A stretch of DNA of 64,000 nt from positions 128,001 through 192,000 of the forward strand of contig JBQPWD010000004.1 in assembly GCA_052246995.1 (NCBI GenBank), written 5' to 3'. The notes under the pieces are model-generated. The model worked only from the letters and a program-made list of their open reading frames with translations, searched no databases and was not told where the DNA came from. Every line of letters begins with the position of its first letter. Position 1 is the first letter of the stretch. Source of the stretch: Candidatus Bathyarchaeota archaeon (GTDB lineage: Archaea > Thermoproteota > Bathyarchaeia > Hecatellales > Hecatellaceae). The translations under genes were made by a program, and so were the position numbers. Shown piece by piece: positions 10,033-20,334 of this stretch.

Positions 10033-11373
10033 CTAACCTGTAAGAGGAACCCAGACAAGAATTGTGAGAAAATAACAAATAACTAAAGAGATAAAAACAT
10101 AGGGAACGGTGTAGCTAAAGAATTCTTTTACAGAAATTTTACTTTTTGTTTCACGTTCACAGACACTTAAAACTACGTAGAGAGCAGGGGCCCCTGCTAC
10201 CGTTAAATTGCTACCCAACGTTCCAGCCCAAACTAAAGCCCACCATAAAGGCCAAGGGTCAACACTATACTGGGCAAGGTCTCGAATTACGTAAAGAAAT
10301 GTAAGAATGTAGGCATCATGTTCAACTATCCCTACAATAAAAGCTGTAACCCAGTAAAGCAGGGTTACGCCTAGAAATAAATTTGTCTTAAACCATGGTG
10401 CAAAAGAGTCAGCCACAATTTTAAGAATACCTGCATGGTCAAGCCCTCCTACTAGCATGAAAAGAGCTATGTAGAAAAATATAGCTCTCCAATCTAGCGA
10501 AGAGAGAACTTCTTCAAAACTTGGACTGTTAACCCTGCTTTTAGCAACCTCAAGGATGATGATAAGGGTTAAAGCTCCAATTAAGGCTATAAAGCCAAGA
10601 CGTAAACCTATAAATTGTCTTAAAGAGAGAGCAAGAATAGTACAAATAAAGACACCAACTACTATGAATATAAACCGTTTATCCTTTAAATACTGCTTTG
10701 CGTTAACGTCTACAAGTAGTTTAGAGTTTTCTAAATCTAAACTTAGAGTTCTTTTAAGCTTTACGTGATAAAAGACCAGAACAGTAAGGAGAAATGTGCA
10801 TGTAAGTATGGGGAAAGAAGAAGGTTTTCCATGAAACCAAATAAATTCGGGAAACTCGATTCCGGATACGCTATGAAGCATTTGGGGTGGAAGGTCTCCA
10901 AGAAGAAGAGCTGTTCCCATAAAGTTTGCACATAAACCTACACATATTAGAGCAGGGAAGGGGTTAACTTTTAACTGCTTAGTTACGTGAAGAATTATTG
11001 GAGCCATAATTAAAACAACAACTACATTATCCAGAAACATGGATACAAACCCAGCCAAGATTCCAAGTAAGGATGCAAATATAGGCAAACTATTCCTTGA
11101 AAATTTTACCATTAAAACTGAAATGTACTCCGGTAACCCTGTATGGTTAAAATAACCTGCAATAATCCATACACTTATAAGAAGAACTATCACATTCCAA
11201 TCAACAGAAAAAAAAGCTTCAACCTCACTCATTACTCCAGTTAAAACCATGAGAACAACACCAATAAGGGCTACAGTGGCCCTGTCAACCTTACCTACAA
11301 TCACTAAAATAATGGTTCCAAGAAATATGGTAAGAGCAATAAGCTGCATAACTTCCAAAGACTGCTTAACCAC
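10033..11373 (-). CDS. ArsB/NhaD (SLC13/CitMHS-like) ion permease
   Basis: About 11-12 TM helices; DNVVVVL, ANFMGTALLLGDLP and GTLGSNLTVAGA motifs. Confidence 0.85.
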   Translation of the reverse strand: MVKQSLEVMQLIALTIFLGTIILVIVGKVDRATVALIGVVLMVLTGVMSEVEAFFSVDWNVIVLLISVWIIAGYFNHTGLPEYISVLMVKFSRNSLPIFASLLGILAGFVSMFLDNVVVVLIMAPIILHVTKQLKVNPFPALICVGLCANFMGTALLLGDLPPQMLHSVSGIEFPEFIWFHGKPSSFPILTCTFLLTVLVFYHVKLKRTLSLDLENSKLLVDVNAKQYLKDKRFIFIVVGVFICTILALSLRQFIGLRLGFIALIGALTLIIILEVAKSRVNSPSFEEVLSSLDWRAIFFYIALFMLVGGLDHAGILKIVADSFAPWFKTNLFLGVTLLYWVTAFIVGIVEHDAYILTFLYVIRDLAQYSVDPWPLWWALVWAGTLGSNLTVAGAPALYVVLSVCERETKSKISVKEFFSYTVPYVFISLVICYFLTILVWVPLTG

Positions 11374-11651
11374 CCAACTTTAACCACAACTTTTAACTCA
11401 AGTTAAAGTTACGATTAATTTAAAAATTTTTCACTTTTTCATTATCATAACCATGTAAATTCTGTTATACTGATGGTTGCCAATTACAGTTATTGTTTTA
11501 AAAGAAAGATAAGGAAAATGAATAAAGCAACAACTACCGCAAGAGGTTTACAGCTTTTTAAGCTATTCCTAAAAATTAGGAAAGATTAAGAAAAAAATAG
11601 CCAATTTTATCTTTGTAATAGTTTTTATGGACAGGTTTATTTGATAAGATT

Positions 11652-12377
11652 TTATTTTCTAAATTTTTGAAGCCTCTTTAAAAGTTCAATATCACCTTCA
11701 TAGTCTCCAGCACATGTTGCAATTATCCCATCAACAACCCCATCCAGCCTTGCCGCAAACTCTTCAACACGATCCATGGTTGTTGTAGTTGGCCAGCCTA
11801 TTCTTTTTACCATTTCAGCATTTTTAGGCGTTTCCACTAGAAAGTATGAGTATATAGGTTTGTTTAGGCGTCTACATTCGTTAGCTAATTGTTTTAATGC
11901 AGGCAATGATGCCTCTTCAAGCCTCATAAAGAAGATAAAGTCCCATGCCTCCCTTGCTCTAGCAATAACCTCTTCAACAGAACGTCGCGCAGAAAGTAAA
12001 CAACCCAGCTTTAAATTTTTTATACGCACTGTTGCCCGTAAAAAATCACGAGCCTCTTCAGAAGACTTTAACATTTTTATAGGTTCTCCGTACTTAGGTA
12101 TATCTCCCATTGTAAGCACAATACCGTCAAGACCCACGACATCGGCGGCTAAAGCCAAACCTCCAACTTCAACAGGACCTTTATAGTGAAGTATGAATAT
12201 TGGTATTACAATCTTATTAGGATACTTTGTTTTAAGAATACAACCTATAGTTGTACCACTAGGTGCTGGAAAACCTGCAGCACTATCAGTAACGTTCCAC
12301 CCATCTACTAAATCCTTTGTTTCTTCAGCAAGCTTAAGAAATTTACGTGTTGGGACAAATTCATGCAGTATCTTCAT
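11652..12377 (-). CDS. MetF/MTHFR-like FAD-linked TIM-barrel oxidoreductase
   Basis: 'HEFVPT', 'DGWNVTDSAAG' and 'IVLTMGDIP' resemble methylenetetrahydrofolate reductase motifs; start placed at ATG 12377 after GGGAGG. Confidence 0.6.
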   Translation of the reverse strand: MKILHEFVPTRKFLKLAEETKDLVDGWNVTDSAAGFPAPSGTTIGCILKTKYPNKIVIPIFILHYKGPVEVGGLALAADVVGLDGIVLTMGDIPKYGEPIKMLKSSEEARDFLRATVRIKNLKLGCLLSARRSVEEVIARAREAWDFIFFMRLEEASLPALKQLANECRRLNKPIYSYFLVETPKNAEMVKRIGWPTTTTMDRVEEFAARLDGVVDGIIATCAGDYEGDIELLKRLQKFRK

Positions 12378-12488
12378 GATAACGCCTCCCATAAAAATGG
12401 TGAAATTCTGGTCGGTCTTAAGTAAGATTATAAAATTATATAATTATAAATTCTTCGCTTTTAAATCGCTAAATTCATCAGTAAGCCT

Positions 12489-13289
12489 TCATTCTGAGTT
12501 TAATATTTTTGATAATTCTTCTAAGGTTAAAGGTTCGTTTTCAAATCTTAGTTTAAGCAGCTTTATAGCTTGAAATACTATTGGAGGCTGCATGTCTGCA
12601 AGTTCAAGTAAAGATTTATTGACTAGTACAGACCTAGTATCTGATCCTCCTAAGGTTAAACCGTTGTTAAGAATGTAAACACGGTCGGCAACCTTTGCAA
12701 CAAACTCTATGTCATGAGAAGCTACAACAACAGCTTTACCAGTATCTTTTGCTTCAACCACAACTTTTCCCACTTCTTCCACAGATTTTATGCTTAAATT
12801 TGCAGTAGGCTCATCAAGCAACAATACTTCAGGATTATAGGCAAGTATAGAGGCTAAGGTTACCATACGTTTTTCTCCAATGCTAAGCTTGTAGGGAGGC
12901 TTATTTAAAAGATTATTCAACTTAAACCTTTCTGCCACTTCAACAACTTTTTTATCAACTTCTTCTGCAGGTAAAATTTGACGAAGCGTAAAAGCTATTT
13001 CATCATATACTGTTGAATTAAAAAGCTGGTCATCTGGGTCTTGGAAGACTAAACCTATTCTTCTTCTAGCTTCAGGTAGCTGATTTTTTAGGGGTTTATC
13101 ATCAAGCAAGACTACACCTTTACTTGGATTAAGTAGTCCAGCGGCAACCGTAAGAAGTGTTGTTTTACCACTCCCATTTGAACCTATTATGGCTATTACC
13201 TCGCCTCTGTTGACAAAAAAACTTGCCCCTTTTAAAACGTCTACACCACCAGGATACCTAAAATATACGTCTTCAACTTTTAGCAACAT
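12489..13289 (-). CDS. cbiO: ECF Co/Ni transporter ATPase
   Basis: GSNGSGKTT, VFQDPDDQLF, LSIGEKR and LLLDEPT. Confidence 0.9.
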   Translation of the reverse strand: MLLKVEDVYFRYPGGVDVLKGASFFVNRGEVIAIIGSNGSGKTTLLTVAAGLLNPSKGVVLLDDKPLKNQLPEARRRIGLVFQDPDDQLFNSTVYDEIAFTLRQILPAEEVDKKVVEVAERFKLNNLLNKPPYKLSIGEKRMVTLASILAYNPEVLLLDEPTANLSIKSVEEVGKVVVEAKDTGKAVVVASHDIEFVAKVADRVYILNNGLTLGGSDTRSVLVNKSLLELADMQPPIVFQAIKLLKLRFENEPLTLEELSKILNSE

Positions 13290-13292
13290 AAC

Positions 13293-14096
13293 TCATAACC
13301 TGATAAAGGACACTAAAACACAAGTAAAAAGTAGTAACAGTAACATTAGCTCGTTCCTATTAATACTTACCTTTACAGAACTTTTAAAGTGTAAATCTGA
13401 GGATGTTAAACTTCTAGCCTTGATAGCCTTTTCAACTCTCCATGAGTGTTCATGAGTTTTCAGTAAAATATCTCCAATTACAGTTGACAGCATCCACCAT
13501 ACTTGTCTAAACTTAACTTTTTTTATTATACGAGCCTCTCTAGCCGACAGCATTTTGGATATTTCCCTTAAGAATAAGGGTATGTGTATTATAGAAAGCA
13601 TTAGAAAGAATATTACCTCATACGGTACTCCTAGACCTTTTAAACCTTCCATAGTTTTTTTCCAACCAAGTATTAGAATGAAAGAGGTAAAAATAGCTGT
13701 TGCAGACACAACTCTAACAATAAAACTTATCATTAAATTTAATCCTTCAAAGCTAACTTTCAAGGTTGTTAGCAGCATTGACAGTTCTATTAAAGGTTTT
13801 CCTGATGTTATAAACGGTAAAGGTATGGATACAAGAAAAACCCAAAAAAAGGTGAAGATTACTACTCTAATCCATGAGTACATGGGTATTCGTGTTAACA
13901 CAACTAAAAAAACACTTACAACTAAAACCAGTAAAGGAGCCTTAAAATCAATGGTAAATGCCGCTAAACTGGTAAATACTAAAGCTGAAAGTATAGTTAT
14001 TGTTGGGTTAAAAGGTGGATTGACAACTTCACGATTCAAAGTATTGATAGTTTCAGCCAAACCTTCCAAGAAACGTTGAGTTAGCTTTTCCAACAT
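13293..14096 (-). CDS. cbiQ: ECF transporter T component
   Basis: Membrane protein with AREAR and KARS motifs, in operon with cbiM/cbiO. Confidence 0.85.
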   Translation of the reverse strand: MLEKLTQRFLEGLAETINTLNREVVNPPFNPTITILSALVFTSLAAFTIDFKAPLLVLVVSVFLVVLTRIPMYSWIRVVIFTFFWVFLVSIPLPFITSGKPLIELSMLLTTLKVSFEGLNLMISFIVRVVSATAIFTSFILILGWKKTMEGLKGLGVPYEVIFFLMLSIIHIPLFLREISKMLSAREARIIKKVKFRQVWWMLSTVIGDILLKTHEHSWRVEKAIKARSLTSSDLHFKSSVKVSINRNELMLLLLLFTCVLVSFIRL

Positions 14097-14404
14097 TAGC
14101 GACCTTTTAATAGTTTATTAAGTGTAAAACCTAAAGCTAAGATTACACCAACACCTATAAAACCTGTAAAAATGTAACCTAACTCAGCAGGTAGCCCGGG
14201 TATTGAGTAGTCTAAAAAAGGTGTCCAGTTGATTTTTTCCGTTAAGTCCTGAAGGTTAAGTGTTTCTGCAGCAACATCCAAAGGTTCGTGGTATCCAACA
14301 ATATCTGCTAAAATTACACCAAAAACTGGGCTAATAAAAACAAGAGTTATAATTATGATTAAGACTTTTTTAAAAGTTAAAAACCAACTTTTTTGGCTTT
14401 TCAA
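14096..14404 (-). CDS. Co/Ni transporter small subunit (NikN/PDGLE-like)
   Basis: Two TM helices; 'EPLD...PFLDYSIPGL' motif; coupled to cbiM. Confidence 0.8.
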   Translation of the reverse strand: MKSQKSWFLTFKKVLIIIITLVFISPVFGVILADIVGYHEPLDVAAETLNLQDLTEKINWTPFLDYSIPGLPAELGYIFTGFIGVGVILALGFTLNKLLKGR

Positions 14405-15054
14405 CTACTACCACCCTTTTCTGAAAGTATAAGGTGAGGAGCTCTACCAGCCAAGTAGGTAACAACCAATGCGGTGATTACACCTTCAATAACCCCGAGA
14501 ATGGCATGCCATCCAACCATTACAGGAACTGTTATTACAACACCATAAGGAAATGATTGTGAATAGCCTATTTCTAAGCCGCATGCCAATCCTGCAAGTG
14601 TTATTCCCAGCCAGCCGCCGAGGAAAGCAGATAAAGTTCTTACAGAATTTTTAGCTCCAAACAGCTTAATGAAACCAGTATAAATTAAATATCCAACCAG
14701 AACATCTACAATCGCCATGTTAAGAGTATTTGCACCAAGAGCGGTTATTCCTCCATCATGAAAAACAATACATTGAATAAGTAGAACTAGAAACATTGTT
14801 AAAAATCCAAGCCATGGGCCAAGCATAATTCCAGCCAAAGCACCGCCAACAAGGTGTAAACTGGTTCCTCCGGGCAAAGGCCAGTTAAGCATTTGAGCAA
14901 CAAAAATAGCGGCCGCAACAATGGATACTAGCGAAACTTGTTCAGAATACAACGTTTTTCTAGCCTTTTTAAGGGCAAAACCACTATAACCAATGAAAAT
15001 GGCATACGTAAAAATCACGGTGAAGATATCTAGAAAACCGTCAGGAATATGCAC
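14401..15054 (-). CDS. cbiM: ECF Co/Ni substrate-binding component
   Basis: Diagnostic N-terminus MHIPDG; GGTSLHLVG and HDGGITALGAN. Confidence 0.95.
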   Translation of the reverse strand: MHIPDGFLDIFTVIFTYAIFIGYSGFALKKARKTLYSEQVSLVSIVAAAIFVAQMLNWPLPGGTSLHLVGGALAGIMLGPWLGFLTMFLVLLIQCIVFHDGGITALGANTLNMAIVDVLVGYLIYTGFIKLFGAKNSVRTLSAFLGGWLGITLAGLACGLEIGYSQSFPYGVVITVPVMVGWHAILGVIEGVITALVVTYLAGRAPHLILSEKGGSS

Positions 15055-15106
15055 ACCAAACCACCATTTAAGGTTTTAATTAATTTTTAATAACCTCAGG
15101 TAAATA

Positions 15107-15140
15107 TAAATATTACCATTATGAAAAATAGTAATATTTA
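15107..15140. promoter_or_regulatory. Inverted repeat taaatattac-N14-gtaatattta, candidate NikR-type operator
   Basis: Perfect 10-bp arms overlapping the predicted minus-strand TATA (tttatattta, 15101-15110) of cbiM. Confidence 0.6.
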
Positions 15141-15251
15141 ATAAGCAAGCCATGTTTACACTCTCTAAAACAATTTCTATTTAAAGATGATAGAAACACG
15201 CTTTGAGAAGGCTATCTGGTACTTTAAAAAGGAAGGATAAAAGAATAAAAT

Positions 15252-16592
15252 TTAGCGAGTAATCATCTGGCTTGGTAGCCAAAGAGCTAACTGTGGGAAG
15301 AAGTATAGTATGATTATGGTTATAAACATCATAATTATGAATGGTATAGATCCTCTTAAAACATCAGATATTGGAATATCAGGAGCAATACGTTTAATGA
15401 TATAGAGGTTTAACCCTACAGGAGGGGTAATGCAGCCTGCCTCCATGTTGATTGTAACAACAACACCAAACCATATCGGGTCAAATCCCGCAGCCAATAT
15501 GATTGGATAAAGAATTGGACAAACAATAAGTATGATGGCAACCGGGGGCATAAAACATCCAAGTAAAAGTAGAAATAGATTTATAACTAGCATTAAACTC
15601 CATGGTGGAAGATTCAAGGCTATAATGGTGTTTGCTATAGTTTGAGAAATGTAAAGTTTGCTTAAAACTACACCAAAAAGATAGCCTGTGGCAATTATCA
15701 TCATAATCATAACACTATCTTTTACAGCATCTTCAAGGATAGTTGTGTAGTCTTTTTTAGATGGACGGTAAATTAAGCTAACAATGAGTAAAGCTGCAAT
15801 AGCTCCAACAGCGGCACATTCACTAGGAGTAGCCCAACCTAGGTAGAGAGAACCCATAATGAGGAGTATTATAACTACGAAGGGTATAACTTTAGGAAGT
15901 GCAATAAATTTCTCCTTCCAAGTGTAACCTTTAAACGAGGTTTCAACAACATGAGGCATTTTAAACGCAGCTTTTTTAGATTCACTGTATTGACAAAAAA
16001 CAGTCCAAATAGCAAATAAACCTGTTAACAGCAATCCTGGAATAATCCCTGCAATAAAAAGTTTACCTATAGAGGTTTGTGTAGAAATACCGTAAACTAT
16101 CATGGTAACACTTGGAGGTATAAGAATTCCAAGAGTACCACCTGCAGCAATTATACCAGTAGCAAGAGTATTAGAATATCCTCTTTTCCTCATCTCAGGA
16201 ATACCCATCTTCCCTATAGCTGCCGCTGTAGCTGGACTTGAGCCACAAAGTGCCGCAAAAATCGCACAACAAACAATGTTTGTTACACCAATACCTCCTG
16301 GAAGCCGATAAAGCCACCTGTGAACAGCCTCATAAAGATCTTCATTTGCTCTAGAACCGCCAATAACCGCACCAAGCAGTATAAATAGAGGTATAGCAAG
16401 TAAACTAAAGTCATTAAGACCTTCAAACACCCTTAAAGAAACAAGGTTAAGCTCGGCAGAACCAAGCATAAAAGCAATAAAAAGCAGGGAAACAAAACCT
16501 AAAGCAAAAGCAATAGGCATACCACTTAAAAGAAAGATTAATGCAACAAGGAAAACTATAATCCCTAATATAAGTAAGTCCATCTTTTCCAC
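15252..16592 (-). CDS. dctM: TRAP transporter large permease
   Basis: LAIPLF, GSSPATAAA, GTLGILIPPS and TPPVGLNL motifs. Confidence 0.95.
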   Translation of the reverse strand: MEKMDLLILGIIVFLVALIFLLSGMPIAFALGFVSLLFIAFMLGSAELNLVSLRVFEGLNDFSLLAIPLFILLGAVIGGSRANEDLYEAVHRWLYRLPGGIGVTNIVCCAIFAALCGSSPATAAAIGKMGIPEMRKRGYSNTLATGIIAAGGTLGILIPPSVTMIVYGISTQTSIGKLFIAGIIPGLLLTGLFAIWTVFCQYSESKKAAFKMPHVVETSFKGYTWKEKFIALPKVIPFVVIILLIMGSLYLGWATPSECAAVGAIAALLIVSLIYRPSKKDYTTILEDAVKDSVMIMMIIATGYLFGVVLSKLYISQTIANTIIALNLPPWSLMLVINLFLLLLGCFMPPVAIILIVCPILYPIILAAGFDPIWFGVVVTINMEAGCITPPVGLNLYIIKRIAPDIPISDVLRGSIPFIIMMFITIIILYFFPQLALWLPSQMITR

Positions 16593-16602
16593 CTCACCTA
16601 CA

Positions 16603-17169
16603 CTACTTTACATCCTTCACCTCTGAGAATTGTTCTTTAACAACTTCTTCAGGCTTTTTAGAAATTAACTCAGCAATATAAACTATGTATTGTAACGATA
16701 GAAGAATCATTCCAAGGGGTATAAACGCGTATGGAATTGCCAACGGAGGATTAAAGAGAGTCCCGGTTCTCCAACCTAAGCTGTAGGCAGTCCACCACAA
16801 CACTAAACCTCTCCATGCAACAAAAATAGCAAAAGTTAGAGACAATATAGAGCCGACTATTAAAAGCCAATGCCTAACTTTAGGTGGTAAAAGCCTTATT
16901 ACCAAGTCTACGTTTATGTGGGCATTATGCTTTAACCCGTAACCAGCGCCAACAAGAGTAACAAACATAATTAGATAAATTGAGGTTTCTATCTCCCAAA
17001 CGGTTGGAATTCTAAAGATATATCTAACCAAAACCTCGTAAACTAGAATAACACCAGAAGCAACTATAAAAATGAAGCATATCCTACCAACAGTTTCATT
17101 TATCCAATCTATGACACGGAAAAACATGTTTTTACCATTTTTTCTGTTTCTACTCATAGGTAACATCAC
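16603..17169 (-). CDS. dctQ: TRAP transporter small permease
   Basis: 4 TM helices; 'VLVRY', 'HINVD'. Confidence 0.9.
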   Translation of the reverse strand: MMLPMSRNRKNGKNMFFRVIDWINETVGRICFIFIVASGVILVYEVLVRYIFRIPTVWEIETSIYLIMFVTLVGAGYGLKHNAHINVDLVIRLLPPKVRHWLLIVGSILSLTFAIFVAWRGLVLWWTAYSLGWRTGTLFNPPLAIPYAFIPLGMILLSLQYIVYIAELISKKPEEVVKEQFSEVKDVK

Positions 17170-17267
17170 TAACAGTAGTTTCGCTCCTGAATAGCCCAGG
17201 ACTTTTGTGTAAAGAAAGTTATGTATACAAAAGACGTATATAAAATTTTTTAAAAAAAAGGTTTTGG

Positions 17268-18338
17268 TTATGGTTTTACTTTTAACATTAACTCTATAAG
17301 CTCTTTACCACCCGGAACAGTTTCTGAGAAAGTCTTCCACGAGGTATTTTCTGCAACCTTAGCCCAAGCATTCCATTCATCCATAGTCATATCATGAACT
17401 TTTAAACCCTTCTCCTCAAAGAAGTTTGCAGTTTTTATATCGCTTGCCTTCAGCTCCTGAGCCAGCCAGCTTTCAAGTTCACCTGAAACCTTTAAAACAG
17501 CCTTCTGCTGTTCAGGTGTTAAGCTATTCCATGTGGGCATACCCATTACAAGAGGTTCCAACATAAACCATATACAATAACCCTTTCTTGGAGAGGTGTA
17601 GTAGTTTAGCACCTCGTAAAGCCTGTAAGAGTAAAATGACTCAGAAGATGTTAAACATGCATCTAAAACCTTTGTTTGCAATGCTTGATAAAGCTCTGAT
17701 GAAGGCATGCTTGTAATAGCCGCACCACATGCATTTAACATAGTCTCAAACATCCTACCCGCAGCCCTCATTTTCAAACCTTTAACATCTTCAGGCAAAA
17801 TTATTGGACGTGGAACACTTCCAATACCGCCACCAAACCAAGCACCATACCATACAAGCAATTTTATCCCATTTTTTTCACATATTTCTTGAAGCTTTTT
17901 ACCTATTTCAGCGTCTTTCCACTTCATTCCATGGTCAATGTTTGTAATACTACAAGGCATGAGGGTTATTGATAACTGTGGAACCTTACCTGAAGCATAA
18001 TCTAACGGATAAACTGATAAGTCAAGTGCACCTGCAACTAAAGCATCATATTGTTCCGCAGCCTTATAAAGAGATTGAGCAGGATAAATTTCAAATTTTA
18101 ATGTACCACCAGTTTCCTCCTCAACCCTCTTAGCAAATTTCTCGCAAAGAACATGTCTAAGGTCAGCACTTGCCCATTGGTGGGATATTTTTAAAGTTCT
18201 TGGTGTAGGTTTTGTTGGAGGCTTTTGAGTAGCTTGCCAGGCAGCATATCCGCCAACACCAACAACAGCAGCGGCAACAATTGCAGCAACTCCATACTTT
18301 AGAAACTTTCTACGTGATGTATCAACACCACTAGACAT
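17268..18338 (-). CDS. dctP: TRAP substrate-binding protein with twin-arginine signal
   Basis: SRRKFLK Tat motif; 'PEDVKGLKMR', 'ELYQALQTKVLD'. Confidence 0.93.
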   Translation of the reverse strand: MSSGVDTSRRKFLKYGVAAIVAAAVVGVGGYAAWQATQKPPTKPTPRTLKISHQWASADLRHVLCEKFAKRVEEETGGTLKFEIYPAQSLYKAAEQYDALVAGALDLSVYPLDYASGKVPQLSITLMPCSITNIDHGMKWKDAEIGKKLQEICEKNGIKLLVWYGAWFGGGIGSVPRPIILPEDVKGLKMRAAGRMFETMLNACGAAITSMPSSELYQALQTKVLDACLTSSESFYSYRLYEVLNYYTSPRKGYCIWFMLEPLVMGMPTWNSLTPEQQKAVLKVSGELESWLAQELKASDIKTANFFEEKGLKVHDMTMDEWNAWAKVAENTSWKTFSETVPGGKELIELMLKVKP

Positions 18339-18457
18339 AGAAAACCCCCTAAGTTAACTTAATCTTTAACTAACAAATGGAAAACTACTATTATTTAATT
18401 TTTTCGTACTAACTAACTTCTTATTTTAGCTAAAAATTAACTTAGAAGGTAGACTTA

Positions 18458-18760
18458 TTACTGAAGCTTTTTAATTATCTCAGCTCTAAGCTCGTCATTT
18501 GTTTTTCCTTCAGGGTCTATTCCAAGCTCTTTGGCAACTTTAACAAGTTTTTCTCTTGTTTCTAAATCTATAGTTTTTGATTGCGGTTTTGACTTATCTG
18601 TAGATTCCCCTTTCAGCTCTTTTTCAATATCCATTTTTCCACGTTCAAACTCCATCCTAGCTCTTCCAAGAGCTCTTGCAAGTTCAGGTATCTTTTTTGC
18701 TCCAAAAATCAATATTAGTGCAAGAAAAATTAGGATAAGCCATTCCTGACCAATAACCAA
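18458..18760 (-). CDS. tatA: Twin-arginine translocase subunit TatA
   Basis: 'IFGAKKIPELARALG'. Confidence 0.93.
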   Translation of the reverse strand: MVIGQEWLILIFLALILIFGAKKIPELARALGRARMEFERGKMDIEKELKGESTDKSKPQSKTIDLETREKLVKVAKELGIDPEGKTNDELRAEIIKKLQ

Positions 18761-18820
18761 AATTTATCACCAATTAAGATTGAGACAATTTTAGTTAATA
18801 TATAGTAGTATTTTAACTTT

Positions 18821-19651
18821 TTAACTTAAACTTTTCTTTACTTCTTCCCTTGGAAGAAAGCCAAAACCTTTTACTGAGAGGATGTATCCAAGCAGATATA
18901 GTATGATAAGAGGGAAAGCAACAATGCACATCGTAATACCACTACCGTCAGGGGTAATAACAGCGCCGAAGACAAAAAAAGCAAAAACAGCTATTCTAAA
19001 ATACTCTCTCCAAGTTTTTGGCTCAATAACACCTAAAGATGAAAGGGTAACCATAATTATAGGTAATTGAAAAGCTAAGCCAAAACTTACAAGAAAAAGT
19101 GTAACAAAAGAAATAAAACTCTCAATTGTAATGAATGTTGCCACTTGAAGAGCAAAACCGTATCTATAAAGGAAGAAGATGATAAAGGGTATAAGAGCAT
19201 AATATGAGAAAATACATCCGCTAATAAAGAGTATTGTTGATGGAACTATAAGCCTAGCTATAAGCTTTTTTTCATGAGGATATAAACCTGGAGCAACAAA
19301 GCCCATAACTTCATGAATTATTACAGGCATACCAAACAATATGCCAAGAAAAATTGAAACATAAAGTGTAGCGGTTATTGCTTCTGCAGGTGTTGTTTGA
19401 ATAAGTCTTACACCTTCGGGAAGCAAATCTTGCTGAATCTTCCTTAAAAGGTCAGCGGCGGTACTGTTAAATATTGCAGGGTAGGGGTAATAGTAGGTAA
19501 TGTTGTTGGAAAATTCTGCCTTCTGAATTTTAAACATAAAGAAAAAAAACGTTAAAAAACCAACAACTATAAATACACGTAGTAATCTCGTCCGCAATTC
19601 GTCAAGGTGTTCTAAAAAGCTTCTTTCCCTACCACTTCCAGCCTCAACCAA
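18821..19651 (-). CDS. tatC: Twin-arginine translocase subunit TatC
   Basis: 'EHLDELRTRL', 'FVAPGLYPHEK', 'AVITPDG'. Confidence 0.95.
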   Translation of the reverse strand: MVEAGSGRERSFLEHLDELRTRLLRVFIVVGFLTFFFFMFKIQKAEFSNNITYYYPYPAIFNSTAADLLRKIQQDLLPEGVRLIQTTPAEAITATLYVSIFLGILFGMPVIIHEVMGFVAPGLYPHEKKLIARLIVPSTILFISGCIFSYYALIPFIIFFLYRYGFALQVATFITIESFISFVTLFLVSFGLAFQLPIIMVTLSSLGVIEPKTWREYFRIAVFAFFVFGAVITPDGSGITMCIVAFPLIILYLLGYILSVKGFGFLPREEVKKSLS

Positions 19652-19864
19652 TCTTCCACCATCAACAAGAAGCTAACATATGCACTTTAAACATTTAATA
19701 GGAAGCCCAATTTTTAAACTAAACTACTGAAAATGTTAACAATTTTTATAATCTGATACGAAAACTCAATTATACGATGCGTATCCAAAATACTTAGTTC
19801 ACTCGCAACTCTAAAATTTCTAGGAAAAATGCTATTCTTCCCCAACAGCCTACAAACCTTTAAA

Positions 19865-20332
19865 TTAACCGTGTATAAGTTTTCTTGCTTCCCCTCTGGG
19901 TATGTAGCGGAGAGCTCCTGTTGTACAAAACTTAACACACCACGGGTCTCCTTCACATAAGTCACATTTGTAGGAAACTTTAAGTGTAGAATCATAGTGT
20001 GGTATGCTTATTGGGCATGCAAAATTGCATGACCTACATCCGATACACTGTGTAGTGTTAATTTTGACAATCCCCTTTTCATCCTTTCTTATAGCATTAA
20101 CAGGACATGATGATTCACATGCTGGATATTCGCAGTGGGCACAGTGTGCTGAAATAAAGTATGCAAATTTATCAGGGTTTGGAAAAACTTTTACATGAGA
20201 TTTGTCCTCAGATATGACCTTGAAGTGTTTAAAAGAACATACAACCATACAAAGTAGACAACCACTACACTTTTCAGGGGTATAGTAGAGAACTCCTTGC
20301 TCTTCAGGTTTAACTATTTTTTGAAAACTCAT
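19865..20332 (-). CDS. Four-cluster 4Fe-4S electron-transfer protein (HycB/CooF/DmsB-like)
   Basis: CSGCLLCMVVC, CAHC..PAC..SCP, CIGCRSCNFACP and KCDLC..P.CVKFC. Confidence 0.9.
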   Translation of the reverse strand: MSFQKIVKPEEQGVLYYTPEKCSGCLLCMVVCSFKHFKVISEDKSHVKVFPNPDKFAYFISAHCAHCEYPACESSCPVNAIRKDEKGIVKINTTQCIGCRSCNFACPISIPHYDSTLKVSYKCDLCEGDPWCVKFCTTGALRYIPRGEARKLIHG

Positions 20333-20334
20333 TT

